Positions 1 through 10,006 of a stretch of 64,000 nt of DNA are shown here, piece after piece. The stretch comes from an uncultured Verrucomicrobia subdivision 3 bacterium. GTDB taxonomy: Bacteria > Verrucomicrobiota > Verrucomicrobiia > Limisphaerales > UBA11358. Position 1 is the stretch's first letter; the number at the start of each line of letters is the position of its first letter. Where the stretch lies: the NCBI GenBank assembly GCA_903918885.1, contig CAIXFY010000009.1, positions 9,472 through 73,471 on the forward strand, read 5' to 3'. The position numbers and the translations under genes were made by a program. A model generated the notes under the pieces. That model saw only the letters and a list, made by a program, of their open reading frames with translations, did no database searches and had not been told where the DNA came from.

Positions 1-1929
1 TTTGAAACCGGTGATTTCAGCAACTGGACGTTGGTGGGAAATACGGTTAGTGGAAATACTGCCTATAATGCTGTGGAAAGTTTAAGTGCTTATCCGGATG
101 TGGTTCATACTGGAAATTACGGTGCATTTTTAGGGGATATTCAATTAGCGACGCTGACTCAATCATTGCCAACGGCTATTGGCCAAAGTTATTTGCTATC
201 GTTTTGGGTTTCTAATCGGACGGGTGGAAGCAATGAAAAATTCAAGGTGTATTGGAATAACAATCTCATATATAATTTGTCCAACCCTTCTTCCTTCGCC
301 TTGACCAATCAGAAATTTGTTGTCACCGCCACAGGCACAAACACGACCCTGCAATTTGCCGTGCAGAACAATCCCGACCACTTCGGCCTCGACGACGTCA
401 CCGTCACGCCCGTATCGGCGCCTTCCATTATTCAGCAACCGGTTAGTCAGACCAATCTAGTCGGGAGCAACGTTGTATTCACCTTGATGGCGAATGGGAC
501 AATCCCATTGAGTTACCAGTGGCGCACCAATGGCGTCAAACTTGCCAACAACACGGTTGTCTCCGGCGCAACCAGCAACATTTTGACGCTTACCAGTATC
601 ACCGCCACCAATGGCGGCAACTATACGCTCGTCGTCACTAACGCCTACGGTTTCGCCACCAGCAGCGTGGCGATTCTGGCCGTCGCGTCGCCGCCCAGCT
701 TCACCGGCAATCTCACCAACCGAACCATCGAGTGCGGCGCGAACACCAATAATTTTTCCATCATCACCGCTGGCACGCCGCCGCTGGGTATCCAGTGGAA
801 ATTGAACAGCTCGCCCGTCGCTGGTGCGACGAATGCCAGTTTCGGCATCACTAATTTGTTTTACCCCGCACCCGGTGGCTCCAATTACACAGTCATCGTC
901 ATCGTCACGAACCTTTACGGATCGGTGTCCAGCAACGTTACGCTCACCGTGCAAGACACCCGTCCGCCGGTCATCACGATACTCGGCGCGAATCCGTTGA
1001 CGAACGAACTCGGCTCCGTTTTCATTGATCCCGGCGCGACCGCCAGCGATACCTGTTCTGGTCTGGTTTTTATCTCCACCAATGGCGCGGTCAACGTGAG
1101 CGTGGTCGGAACAAATATTCTGAAATACATCGCCGCGGACGGCGGCAATAGCGCCACGAACACCCGCACCGTCATCGTCCGCGACACCACGCCGCCGACC
1201 ATTTTGTGGAGCTTCACAAATTTGATTATGGCGGCGAATTCCAACTGCGTGGCGTTGATGACTAATGTCACGGGAACCAATTTTATAATCGCCACCGATT
1301 TATCCGGCGCGCTGACGATTTCGCAAAGCCTTACGAATAATGCCACGTTGCCGCTTGGCACCAATCTCGTCGTCCTCACCGTCGCCGACGCTTCGGGAAA
1401 TAAGTCGTATTCCACCAATCGCATCGTCGTGCAGGATCAGACGCCACCCTTGATTTTAAGCCAGCCGCAAAGCCAGACCAATTTTATTGGCACCACCGCG
1501 ACTTTCAGCGTCTTTGCCACCGCCTGCACGCCGCTGACGTTCCAGTGGTATTCCAACAACACCTTGACAATTTTCACTAACAGCACGCTGACGCTATCCA
1601 ACCTCGCCGATTCAGCGACGGGAAATTATTTTGCCGTCGCCAACGCCGGTGGCGGTTCCAGCACCAGCCTCGTCGCCACGCTGACCGTGAATTTATTGCC
1701 GCCAGCCATCAGCGTCACCACGCTCAATTTCAACAGCGGATTCAACTTAAACCTCTCCGGATCGCCCAGCCACACTTACATTTTGGAAGCCGCTACCAAT
1801 CTGCTGCCGATTGGAAACTGGCTGCCCGTCGCGACGAATACGCTCGGCACGAACGGCGTCTGGTCATTTACCGATGCGTCCGCCACCAACTTCCCGTTCC
1901 AATTTTATCGGCTGAAATTTGCGCAATAA
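1..1929 (+). CDS. Cell-surface/secreted protein with tandem Ig-like domains (5'-partial; frame open from base 1)
   Basis: Frame 1 is open from the window edge (FETGDFSNWTLVGN precedes the listed start at 31). Repeated ~85-aa Ig-like modules are present (LSYQWRTNG...GNYTLVVTNAYG; LGIQWKLNS...VTNLYG; LTFQWYSNN...GNYFAVANAGG), plus PPVITILG/PPTILW HYR/DUF5011-like modules. The protein ends ...NWLPVATN...FYRLKFAQ. Confidence 0.75.
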   Translation, partial: FETGDFSNWTLVGNTVSGNTAYNAVESLSAYPDVVHTGNYGAFLGDIQLATLTQSLPTAIGQSYLLSFWVSNRTGGSNEKFKVYWNNNLIYNLSNPSSFALTNQKFVVTATGTNTTLQFAVQNNPDHFGLDDVTVTPVSAPSIIQQPVSQTNLVGSNVVFTLMANGTIPLSYQWRTNGVKLANNTVVSGATSNILTLTSITATNGGNYTLVVTNAYGFATSSVAILAVASPPSFTGNLTNRTIECGANTNNFSIITAGTPPLGIQWKLNSSPVAGATNASFGITNLFYPAPGGSNYTVIVIVTNLYGSVSSNVTLTVQDTRPPVITILGANPLTNELGSVFIDPGATASDTCSGLVFISTNGAVNVSVVGTNILKYIAADGGNSATNTRTVIVRDTTPPTILWSFTNLIMAANSNCVALMTNVTGTNFIIATDLSGALTISQSLTNNATLPLGTNLVVLTVADASGNKSYSTNRIVVQDQTPPLILSQPQSQTNFIGTTATFSVFATACTPLTFQWYSNNTLTIFTNSTLTLSNLADSATGNYFAVANAGGGSSTSLVATLTVNLLPPAISVTTLNFNSGFNLNLSGSPSHTYILEAATNLLPIGNWLPVATNTLGTNGVWSFTDASATNFPFQFYRLKFAQ

Positions 1930-1955
1930 ATTCTTGTTGTGGCGAGCCGCTTGCC

Positions 1956-3389
1956 GTGCGCGCAAAAAAAAAGCAGACTGATTGCGTGAGTGAATTTCTC
2001 CAGCGCACGGAAAACACCGTTGAAAGACGGCATCTGTTCGCGCGCGGTCAAAAAATCCTCGTCGCTGTTTCCGGCGGCGCGGATTCAATGGTGTTGCTGC
2101 ACGTTCTGAATTCGCTCGCCAAAAAAAATCGTTGGCAAATTTCCATCGCGCATTTCAACCACCAGTTGCGCGGCCGCGCCAGCGACGGGGATGAAAAGCT
2201 CGTCCGCACAACGGCCAAAAATCTTCAATTGAAATTTTTCGGCGTCAGTGCGGATGTGAAAGCCTTTGCCACGCAATCAAAGCTTTCAATCGAGATGGCC
2301 GCCCGCAAATTACGCCACGAATTTCTCGCACGCGTAGCGCGGGAACAAAAAATTCCCGTCGTCGCGCTGGCGCATCATGCGGACGATCAGGTGGAACTTT
2401 TCTTTTTACGTCTCCTGCGCGGCGCGGGTGGTGGAGGGTTGGCGGGTATGAAATGGCAGTCACTTTCGCCCGTTGATAAAAAAATCATGCTCGTGCGTCC
2501 GTTGCTTGGTTTTTCCAAAAAAGAAATTTTGGAATTTACGTGTGCGAACAACATCGAGTTTCGCGACGATGCTTCAAATTATTCCAGCAATTTTCTCCGC
2601 AACCGGATTCGGAACGAACTGCTGCCGTTGCTCCGCAAAAAATATCAGCCCGCCGTGGCTAGAACCGTTTTGCGCCTAATGGATATCGTCGGCGCAGAAG
2701 CGGAATTTGTTGGCGCCACCGCCGCTGCGTGGCGGGCGAAGCCGAAAATCGCGTTCACCAGATTGCCCGTCGCCGTGCAGCGCCGGGTTTTGCAGGCGCA
2801 ACTGGCGGAGTTGGGCGTGGTCACGGATTTTGAGTTGGTCGAACAGTTGCGCGAAGCGGCGGATAGGCCGGTGAGTATTGTGGTGGGTGTGTCGGCGGTT
2901 CGCGATCCGTCCGGAAATATTTCCTGCCTCCATACTGAAAAAGCCGGGTTCAATTCCGCCGAGCTGAAATTAAAATTGTCGGGCCGGGCCGGGCCGGTAA
3001 AGTTTTCTGGCCGGAAATTTTCTTGGGCGGTGAAAAAATTTAGCGGCTCGCGAGGATTAGGCTGCGTCCGACTTCGCCCTGACAAGTGCTCGGCACAACA
3101 GCCGGGAACGGAATTTTTTGACGCGGACAAAATTGGCGGGGAAATTATTTTGCGCCACTGGCGGGCGGGCGACCGGTTTCAGCCGATTGGAATGAAGTCG
3201 GCGGTGAAGTTGCAGGACTTGTTTGTGAACGCGAAAATCCCCGCCGCGCACCGGCGTGGATTGGCGCTGGCCACGACGGCGGAAGGAGAAATCTTTTGGG
3301 TGGCAGGCCTGCGCATTGGCGAACGGTTCAAGTTGACGCCGGGAACGAAGCGGCGGTTGCGCTGGGACTGGACAAAAATCCCGGCGTAA
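1956..3389 (+). CDS. tilS: tRNA(Ile)-lysidine synthetase
   Basis: PP-loop motif VAVSGGADSMVLL, HFNHQLRG, and a C-terminal TilS domain (GDRFQPIGM..KLQDLFVNAKIP). The GTG start at 1956 is uncertain; an alternative GTG lies near 1986. Confidence 0.88.
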   Translation: MRAKKKQTDCVSEFLQRTENTVERRHLFARGQKILVAVSGGADSMVLLHVLNSLAKKNRWQISIAHFNHQLRGRASDGDEKLVRTTAKNLQLKFFGVSADVKAFATQSKLSIEMAARKLRHEFLARVAREQKIPVVALAHHADDQVELFFLRLLRGAGGGGLAGMKWQSLSPVDKKIMLVRPLLGFSKKEILEFTCANNIEFRDDASNYSSNFLRNRIRNELLPLLRKKYQPAVARTVLRLMDIVGAEAEFVGATAAAWRAKPKIAFTRLPVAVQRRVLQAQLAELGVVTDFELVEQLREAADRPVSIVVGVSAVRDPSGNISCLHTEKAGFNSAELKLKLSGRAGPVKFSGRKFSWAVKKFSGSRGLGCVRLRPDKCSAQQPGTEFFDADKIGGEIILRHWRAGDRFQPIGMKSAVKLQDLFVNAKIPAAHRRGLALATTAEGEIFWVAGLRIGERFKLTPGTKRRLRWDWTKIPA

Positions 3390-3440
3390 TTCGCTTTACA
3401 GCGTTAATGCAAATAATTATCTTCTCGAACTCATTTAATT

Positions 3441-3698
3441 ATGGAAGCAAAGACGAAAACGATCGAACAATTCAAGACGCACGCCAAGGACACTGGTTCC
3501 GCCGACGTGCAAATCGCGCTGCTCACACACCGCATCAACCATTTGACCGAGCATCTGCAGGCCGCCAAGAAGGATCACCACTCCCGCCGCGGTTTGCTGA
3601 TGATGGTCAGCCAGCGCCGTCGCCTGCTGGACTATCTTGCTGACACCGACGTGAGCCGCTATCAGGCCGTCACCAAGAAGCTCAAGCTCCGCAAGTAA
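3441..3698 (+). CDS. rpsO: 30S ribosomal protein S15
   Basis: 85-aa protein with typical S15 sequence ([46 protein letters not shown]). Classic rpsO-pnp synteny. Confidence 0.95.
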   Translation: MEAKTKTIEQFKTHAKDTGSADVQIALLTHRINHLTEHLQAAKKDHHSRRGLLMMVSQRRRLLDYLADTDVSRYQAVTKKLKLRK

Positions 3699-3710
3699 TT
3701 TATCAATTTG

Positions 3711-3756
3711 CGGAAGGCGCGGCTCGGTTTTTACTTCAAGCCCGCCTTCCGTTTTT
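3711..3756 (+). terminator. Hairpin plus T-run between rpsO and pnp (terminator/attenuator)
   Basis: CGGAAGGCG (3711-3719) pairs with CGCCTTCCG (3743-3751), followed by TTTTT. It lies in the rpsO-pnp leader, where processing/attenuation hairpins are known in other bacteria. Confidence 0.6.
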
Positions 3757-3899
3757 GGAATCTGGTTGTCCGCGCGAATGCCCCGATTCCACCACCAAAA
3801 CCTCGCGTAAAAAATCCGCCTTCGGGAAATTTCATTCAGCTCCGAAAAATTTTCGGGGTTCACTGAAGTTCCTCGGGAGGCGGTGAAAGAAAGTTAGTT

Positions 3900-6044
3900 A
3901 TGTCACATAAAATTACCGCCCAGATTGGCGATAAAAGCATCACCATCGAATCCGGCAAGTTGGCCAAGCAGGCCGACGGCGCCGTGACCGTCCAGATGGG
4001 CGAAACCATCGTCATCGTGGCCGCCGTGGCCGCGACCAAGGCTAAAGACGGCCAGGACTTCTTCCCGCTCACCGTGGACTACCGCGAGAAGGCGGCTGCA
4101 GCCGGCAGATTTCCCGGCGGCTACTTCAAGCGCGAAGGCCGTCCGACGGAAAAAGAAATCCTCACCTGCCGCCTCACCGACCGTCCGATCCGCCCGCTCT
4201 TTCCGAAAGGCTGGTATAACGAAGTTCAGGTCCAGACCGTGCTGTTGAGCGCGGACGGCGAGAACGATCCCGATATTTTGAGCATCGTTGGCGCGAGTGC
4301 CGCGCTGATGGTTTCCGACATTCCGTGGGCCGGCCCACTGGGTGCCGCCCGCATAGGCCGCATCGGCGGCAAGTTCGTCGCGAACCCGACTCATGCTGAA
4401 CAGGCCGAGAGCGATCTCGACCTCGTCTACGTCGGCAACGAAAAAGACATCGTCATGTATGAAGGCGCGGCCAAGGAAATTTCCGAAGCTGATTTTGCTG
4501 CCGCGTTGAAATACGCGCAGGAAGTCATCCAGCCGCAAATCGTCGCGCAAAAAGAACTCGCCGCGAAAGTTGGCAAGACCAAGCGCGCGATTACGCTGAA
4601 GATTGTTCCGGATGAAATTCTCGCTGATGCGAAACAACTCGCTGGCGACCGTTTCGTGCCTGCTTTGCTCACGCCTGGTAAGCTCAACCGCGAAGGCGCG
4701 TGCAACGCCATCAAGAACGAAGTCGGCGCGAAGCTCGTCGAGAAATACGGCGCGGAGAAAGTCACGCAATTCGTCATCAACGACGCGTTCTACTACATCC
4801 AGAAGGAAGCCGTCCGCAAATTGATTCTCGAAAGCGGCAAGCGCCTCGATGGTCGCGCGTTTGACGTGGTGCGTCCAATCTCCAGCGAAGTCAGTATTCT
4901 CCCGCGCGCCCACGGTTCCGCGTTGTTCGCCCGTGGCGAAACGCAGGCCGTTTCCCTCGTCACGCTCGGCACCGGCGATGACACGCAGGAATTTGATTCT
5001 TACACCGGCGGTTCGAACGAGAAGAAATTCCTGTTGCACTACAACTTCCCGAATTTCTCCGTCGGCGAAACCGGTCGTATTACCGGCCCTGGCCGCCGCG
5101 AAATCGGTCACGGCGCGCTCGCCGAACGTTCGATTGAATCCATGATTCCGGCGGTGAATTATCCTTACACCATCCGCGTCGTCAGCGAAATCATGGAGTC
5201 CAACGGCTCCACCTCGATGGCGTCCGTCTGCGGCGGCACGCTCGCGTTGCTCGATGCGGGCGTTCCGATGATTCGTCCGGTCGCCGGCATCAGCGTCGGC
5301 ATCTGCACGGAATACAGCGGCGACAAGATTTCCAAATACGAACTGCTCACCGACATCATCGGCTGGGAAGACGCGTATTGCGATATGGACTGCAAAATCG
5401 CCGGCACCGAGAAGGGTATCACCGGCTTCCAGCTCGACTTGAAGCTGAAAGGTCTGCCCCACGCCATCATGGAGATCGCGGTGGAAAAGGCCCGCGTTGC
5501 CCGTCTCGGCATTCTCGCCGAAATGGCCAAGACGATTTCTGAACCCCGCAAGGACATCAGCAAATACGCCCCGCGCATCACGACGCTCAAAATCAACCCC
5601 GAGAAGATCGGTGCGATCATCGGGCCAGGCGGCAAGAACATCAAACGCCTCGTCGAAGAATCCGGTTGCGAAATCGACATCGAGGACGATGGCACGGTCA
5701 ACATTTTCTCCGTCTCGGCGGAGGGCATGAAGATTGCCGTGGATTCCATCAGCGGCATCACTGCCGAAGCGGAAATCGGCAAGATTTACCGTGGTAAAGT
5801 TGTAACCGTCAAAGAATTCGGCGCGTTCGTCGAATTCCTGCCGGGCAAGGACGGCCTCGTCCACATCAGCGAACTCGCGAACTTCCGCGTGAAGCGCACC
5901 GAAGACATCGTCAAAGAAGGCGATGAAATCACGGTGAAATGTTTGGGCGTGGACGAAAAAGGCCGCGTGAAACTCTCGCGCAAAGCCGCGATGGAAGACC
6001 GCGACAAGGAAGAAGCGGCGGCGGCTCCGGCCCCGCAGGCTTAA
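3900..6044 (+). CDS. pnp: Polyribonucleotide nucleotidyltransferase (PNPase)
   Basis: 714 aa with two RNase PH-like halves plus KH ([10 protein letters not shown]) and S1 ([28 protein letters not shown]) domains. Confidence 0.97.
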   Translation: MSHKITAQIGDKSITIESGKLAKQADGAVTVQMGETIVIVAAVAATKAKDGQDFFPLTVDYREKAAAAGRFPGGYFKREGRPTEKEILTCRLTDRPIRPLFPKGWYNEVQVQTVLLSADGENDPDILSIVGASAALMVSDIPWAGPLGAARIGRIGGKFVANPTHAEQAESDLDLVYVGNEKDIVMYEGAAKEISEADFAAALKYAQEVIQPQIVAQKELAAKVGKTKRAITLKIVPDEILADAKQLAGDRFVPALLTPGKLNREGACNAIKNEVGAKLVEKYGAEKVTQFVINDAFYYIQKEAVRKLILESGKRLDGRAFDVVRPISSEVSILPRAHGSALFARGETQAVSLVTLGTGDDTQEFDSYTGGSNEKKFLLHYNFPNFSVGETGRITGPGRREIGHGALAERSIESMIPAVNYPYTIRVVSEIMESNGSTSMASVCGGTLALLDAGVPMIRPVAGISVGICTEYSGDKISKYELLTDIIGWEDAYCDMDCKIAGTEKGITGFQLDLKLKGLPHAIMEIAVEKARVARLGILAEMAKTISEPRKDISKYAPRITTLKINPEKIGAIIGPGGKNIKRLVEESGCEIDIEDDGTVNIFSVSAEGMKIAVDSISGITAEAEIGKIYRGKVVTVKEFGAFVEFLPGKDGLVHISELANFRVKRTEDIVKEGDEITVKCLGVDEKGRVKLSRKAAMEDRDKEEAAAAPAPQA

Positions 6045-6060
6045 GTAAAAACAATTCAAA

Positions 6061-6095
6061 AGCGCGGATGGCGAAAGCCGTCCGCGCTTTTTTTG
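6061..6095. terminator. Intrinsic terminator after pnp, probably bidirectional with the convergent gene
   Basis: AGCGCGGATGGC-GAAA-GCCGTCCGCGCT stem followed by TTTTTTT. There is an A-rich flank on the other side, facing the convergent gene that ends at 6151. Confidence 0.8.
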
Positions 6096-6150
6096 TTTTC
6101 GGAAAATTGTCAGGCGTGTGTGTAGCCTATCCTCATATTAGGTGGCAGTT

Positions 6151-6600
6151 TTACCATGTCGAAACATACTTCCCATCTGTGAACTTGCCGTCTGATAACT
6201 GTGCCATCTCGAAACCATCCGCAAAACGAACGCGAACCCAAATCGCCTTCGGACTCGACTGGTCGCCTCCAAGCGAAACAGTAACCACGGCATTGCTAAA
6301 TGCTGCCACCTCGCTGTTCGAGAGATAGCGACCCGAAGCAAGCTCGCTGAAAGTCACGCTGTCAGGAACAGAAATCCCATGAGTCTTTCGATCTCCCGCA
6401 AAAGCTTGGGTCGCTGCCTTGAGCCGGCCATGAATCTCCAAATCAGAGAGCGCGCAGCCAGCATCAATCTGCCGCAAATTGTTGATACAAGCCTGCGCTG
6501 ACGATGTAGAGCGAGACCGAACAAAGCTAGGAATGGCAATGGCAATAAGAATGCCAACCACAGAACCGACAATAATCAGAATTTTTGCTTTGTGCGACAT
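6151..6600 (-). CDS. Pilin/pseudopilin-like membrane-anchored protein with degenerate prepilin leader
   Basis: The N-terminus MSHKAKILIIVGSVVGILIAIAIPSFVRSRSTSSAQACINNLRQIDAG resembles the hydrophobic helix of type IV pilin/T2SS pseudopilins, but the G/FTLIE cleavage-methylation motif is absent. Confidence 0.5.
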   Translation of the reverse strand: MSHKAKILIIVGSVVGILIAIAIPSFVRSRSTSSAQACINNLRQIDAGCALSDLEIHGRLKAATQAFAGDRKTHGISVPDSVTFSELASGRYLSNSEVAAFSNAVVTVSLGGDQSSPKAIWVRVRFADGFEMAQLSDGKFTDGKYVSTW

Positions 6601-6611
6601 ACGCTCTGCCA

Positions 6612-6708
6612 CCTAACGAAAAAAGCTGAGCCACCGCCGACTCGCGACGTGAACCGCGACAGCGGAACTGTAAGCGCCAACGGCGGTTGGCTCCGGCGAC
6701 TTGTTAGG
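6612..6708. repeat. Long imperfect palindrome (~97 nt) in an intergenic region
   Basis: CCTAAC...GAGCCACCGCCG (6612-6639) pairs with CGGCGGTTGGCTC...GTTAGG (6681-6708). Read directly from the sequence. Confidence 0.5.
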
Positions 6709-6725
6709 CTGCTCGTCGTGCAATT

Positions 6726-7133
6726 TCATATCTTCTTCCGCAAACCAAGAATCATAAAAGCCACCGCTGAAATAATGATGGCATTCAGCACCAAACCAGC
6801 AAAACAAGCAACCGGATTCGGGCCGGATGCGAATGGATGCCAAATCTGGTGGAACAACGGTAAAGACCAATAAACCACCGGCTCCAAGCTTTCAGGACAA
6901 AACCTGAAAGCCAAAACCATCGGAACTATGCCGCAACAGATGGCTATAAAAATCCTCATGCGCTCAAGCAGCCTAACAGATAATGGATGACCGCCTATGT
7001 AGCCTATCCTTTTCCATGGTTTGACTTTATTTCGACCATAAGTTGCTGTCCATCCTATTTTTACCGCAGAAACAAGCCGTGATTCTGGTTTAGCAAAGGC
7101 GACGCGTTCCACCGTTTCCGTTGGTCGCGTCAA
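6726..7133 (-). CDS. Hypothetical membrane protein
   Basis: 135-aa ORF with 2-3 hydrophobic segments (IFIAICCGIVPMVLAF; VACFAGLVLNAIIISAVAFMILGL). No recognisable motif. The region is lower in GC. Confidence 0.4.
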   Translation of the reverse strand: MTRPTETVERVAFAKPESRLVSAVKIGWTATYGRNKVKPWKRIGYIGGHPLSVRLLERMRIFIAICCGIVPMVLAFRFCPESLEPVVYWSLPLFHQIWHPFASGPNPVACFAGLVLNAIIISAVAFMILGLRKKI

Positions 7134-7149
7134 CTTCCTCGTTACTAGA

Positions 7150-8187
7150 TTATTTCTTGAACGGATTCAGGTCGCGCCATTTGTCCCGGCTGGTGAAAAT
7201 GTCCAGCGGCATTTCCACCAGGAACGCGCCTTGCACGAGGTCGGGATGGTTGCCGGTGGTGTGATCCCAGAGGCCGCGCACGAGGTAGCGGATTTCGCCG
7301 TTGTGGCTTTGGAAAATGGGCAGTTCGGCGGCGAGTTGTTGCCGGACGCCGGGGAGATTTTCCGCGCCGCCAAAGGTGTATTCGAGGTAGCCGTCGCGGT
7401 TGATGGTCAGGCGCACGCCGCCGTGGCTGAAGAGCTGCGGCGAAGTGCCGTCGAACAACTGGTCGAAACCACCGTTGAGCGTGGGGCCGAGCGCGAGCGC
7501 CACCGGACCGCTGAACGGACAAGTGGAATTGGTGTGCTGATTTGAAACCGTCCAATGTTTCCAAGGCCAGAACAAGCTAGCCTGCAACTGCACGCCTTCG
7601 TCCGTGTCGCCATTCGCGCCGCTGGATTTTTTGGCGAGGTCTTGGTGGGAAAATTCTGCATCGGCATCCGGCACGAGCCAGCCGTTTTTACCGGCGCGCT
7701 GACGCCACTGGTCGGCGTTGACAGAACCTTTGGCGCTCAACCACGCAGTGCTGTTGTTGTTGCCGTGGTTCGCGTGCTGGTAGCCGACGCGGAAATGGAG
7801 GCTATAAAATTTATTCGTCGCGATGTCGCCGGGATAAAAATTCGCGGGCGGCGGCGGCGTGGTGGCCGGCATTTCAACCACCTTCGTGACGGTCATTGGC
7901 GCGGATTGCGGCGCGGGGGTCGGCTTGGCTTCCGGCTTGGTCGGCGCGGGGGCGTCGGGAACTTTTTCTGGCGCAACCGGCTTCGCGACGGGCGTGGTCG
8001 CAGCCACCGGAGTCGCGGCTGGTGTCTCGGTCGGGGCGGCGGCGACGGGGGCGGTGTTCGTGTCCGACACCGTCGGCTGAATCACGACTGATTTCGGCGG
8101 TGTGGAGTTTCCGGGAATGAGGCTGAAGGCCGCGATGGCAAACAATAGCAGCAGGGCAATCAGCGGAACAATTCTGGATTTTTTCAT
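7150..8187 (-). CDS. Hypothetical exported protein with Pro/Ala/Thr-rich linker and beta-rich C-terminal domain
   Basis: Likely start is MKKSRIVPLIALLLLFAIAAF (signal/anchor) at 8187. A long PTAPVAAAPTETPAATP... linker is followed by a ~230-aa domain of unknown family. Confidence 0.6.
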   Translation of the reverse strand: MKKSRIVPLIALLLLFAIAAFSLIPGNSTPPKSVVIQPTVSDTNTAPVAAAPTETPAATPVAATTPVAKPVAPEKVPDAPAPTKPEAKPTPAPQSAPMTVTKVVEMPATTPPPPANFYPGDIATNKFYSLHFRVGYQHANHGNNNSTAWLSAKGSVNADQWRQRAGKNGWLVPDADAEFSHQDLAKKSSGANGDTDEGVQLQASLFWPWKHWTVSNQHTNSTCPFSGPVALALGPTLNGGFDQLFDGTSPQLFSHGGVRLTINRDGYLEYTFGGAENLPGVRQQLAAELPIFQSHNGEIRYLVRGLWDHTTGNHPDLVQGAFLVEMPLDIFTSRDKWRDLNPFKK

Positions 8188-8295
8188 TGGATTCAGGTGG
8201 CCGGAAAAACTCCGGCCAGCGCGTATGTTGAGGTTTTTTCGGCTCAAAAACAAGTTCAAAGCCGCTCACCAATGGTCGGCTTGGATTTTATTCTG

Positions 8296-9390
8296 ATGAC
8301 GACAACAAGTTTGACTCATCTGCGTGGCGAAAGTAAAATCAGGGAGATGCTGGCTGCTGAAACCAAAGTGGGCGACTCCCATTCGATTAACTCTTCAGAT
8401 CCCGCCCGTTCCTGGAAAATGATTGTGGAACCGGTGGAGCCGTTTCTCCGTGCTGTGACGCAGCAGTTGACGCGGCAGGCTCATGAGTTCGATCCACAGA
8501 TCGTGCCCTATGCCGAACACGCGCTGAACAACGGCGGCAAACATTTGCGCCCGACACTGGTTGCGCTGGCGGCCGGTTGCTTCGGCAAACCCAATGAATC
8601 CCACGTCACGGCGGCGGTCATCATCGAGATGATCCACCTTGCCACGCTCGTCCACGACGATGTGATGGACGAGGCGGAAATCCGGCGCGGCAGTCCGACG
8701 GTGGCGGCGAAATGGGGCAACGAAATCGCCGTGCTTTTCGGCGACTGCCTTTTTGCGCAAGCACTGAAACTGGCGTCCAACTATCCCACGACTGAAGTCT
8801 GCCGCGCGGTTTCGCTGGCGACGAACACGGTTTGTTCCGGTGAAATTTTGCAGACGCAGCAGCGGCGAAATTTTGCGGCGGCGCGTAAGGATTATTTTCG
8901 CGTCATCGAAATGAAGACCGGCGAGCTGTTCACGCTATCCTGCGACCTCGCGGCGTTTTTGAGCGCTGCGCAGCCGGAGCAGCGCGCGGCGCTGAAGGAA
9001 TTCGGCGCGGCGGTGGGCACGGCATATCAGATTTATGACGACTGCGTGGATTTGTTCGGCACGGAAGCGGATGCGGGCAAATCGCTCGGCACGGATTTAG
9101 CGAAAGGCAAACTGACCTGGCCGTTGCTGCTCGCGTGGGAACGTGCGTCGTCGACTGACCGGGCGGCGTTGGAAAATTTGATTATCCATTGGCAGCCAGA
9201 AAATCTAGCGGCGGTCAATGCACTGCTGGCGAAATACCAAACCTTTGCGCCGTCGGTGCAGGAGATTGAGCGTTGCTTGGAAATCGCGCGGCGCGCGTTG
9301 CGGGTGCTGCCGGCATCGCCGGGGCAGGCAGGCTTGCTGGCGTTGACGGATTTTCTTGCGCAACAAACGGCGGCTTTGGTGGTTCAATGA
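8296..9390 (+). CDS. Long-chain trans-polyprenyl diphosphate synthase
   Basis: First and second Asp-rich motifs LVHDDVMDEAEIRRG and QIYDDCVDLFG. Start is uncertain (8272/8296), because the listed 8197 start overlaps the divergent gene. Confidence 0.85.
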   Translation: MTTTSLTHLRGESKIREMLAAETKVGDSHSINSSDPARSWKMIVEPVEPFLRAVTQQLTRQAHEFDPQIVPYAEHALNNGGKHLRPTLVALAAGCFGKPNESHVTAAVIIEMIHLATLVHDDVMDEAEIRRGSPTVAAKWGNEIAVLFGDCLFAQALKLASNYPTTEVCRAVSLATNTVCSGEILQTQQRRNFAAARKDYFRVIEMKTGELFTLSCDLAAFLSAAQPEQRAALKEFGAAVGTAYQIYDDCVDLFGTEADAGKSLGTDLAKGKLTWPLLLAWERASSTDRAALENLIIHWQPENLAAVNALLAKYQTFAPSVQEIERCLEIARRALRVLPASPGQAGLLALTDFLAQQTAALVVQ

Positions 9391-10004
9391 TTATGTCTGA
9401 ACCCGCGCCCATTGTTGATGCCAATTCGCCCACCGGAATGTTGGAAGGCGATCTGGTCAAGCGCGCCCGGCGCGGCGACTTGAAGGCTTACGACGAGTTG
9501 GTGCAGCGTTATCAGCAGCGGATTTACGCGACGATTTATCACATGACGTCCAATCACGAGGATGCCAACGACATCGCGCAGGACGCATTCATCAAGGCGT
9601 ATCAAGCGCTAAAATCGTTCAAGGGCGGCTCCAGTTTTTACACCTGGCTATATCGGATTGCGGTCAACAAGACGATTAACTTTCTCAAGCAGCGCAAGAA
9701 TAAGCACCATTTCAGCCTGAACGATTTGGATTTCAATACCGAGAATAATCCCGATCTGGTGGCATTGATTTCGGACAAAACTCCTCTGCGAGATGTCGGC
9801 CTGACCGAGCTGCAAAAAAAATTGAACGAGGCGCTGCTCAAGCTGTCAGAACCTCACAGAATGGTCGTGGTGTTGCACGACGTGCAGGGGCAGTCGCATG
9901 ACGAAATTGCCGAAATCATGGGGTGCAACATTGGCACGGTGCGGTCGCGGCTTTTTTATGCGCGCCAGCAGTTGCAGGGCTTTCTAGCCGAATACATAAA
10001 ATAA
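9387..10004 (+). CDS. ECF-type RNA polymerase sigma-70 factor
   Basis: Region 2 (IYHMTSNHEDANDIAQDAFIKAY; YTWLYRIAVN) and region 4 (SHDEIAEIMGCNIGTVRSRLFYARQQL). The ATG at 9387 overlaps the upstream stop (ATGA). Confidence 0.9.
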   Translation: MIMSEPAPIVDANSPTGMLEGDLVKRARRGDLKAYDELVQRYQQRIYATIYHMTSNHEDANDIAQDAFIKAYQALKSFKGGSSFYTWLYRIAVNKTINFLKQRKNKHHFSLNDLDFNTENNPDLVALISDKTPLRDVGLTELQKKLNEALLKLSEPHRMVVVLHDVQGQSHDEIAEIMGCNIGTVRSRLFYARQQLQGFLAEYIK

Positions 10005-10006
10005 AC

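Noticed and set aside
3903-6059. 718-aa ORF antisense to pnp. Similar long antisense ORFs are listed at 44797..47103 (opposite nrdJ), 57649..58983 (opposite gltX), 60213..61655 (opposite the kinase and aguB) and 16441..17667.
   Set aside because: These are shadow ORFs typical of high-GC coding DNA. Their translations are low-complexity and Arg/Gly/Ala/Asp-rich with no motifs. The sense-strand products carry unmistakable conserved family signatures.
6121-7010. 13-bp direct repeat TGTAGCCTATCCT at 6121-6133 and 6998-7010, flanking the pilin-like gene.
   Set aside because: An exact 13-mer pair within about 1 kb is roughly expected by chance in a window this size. The second copy lies inside an ORF, and there is no other hallmark of mobility (no inverted repeats, no transposase).
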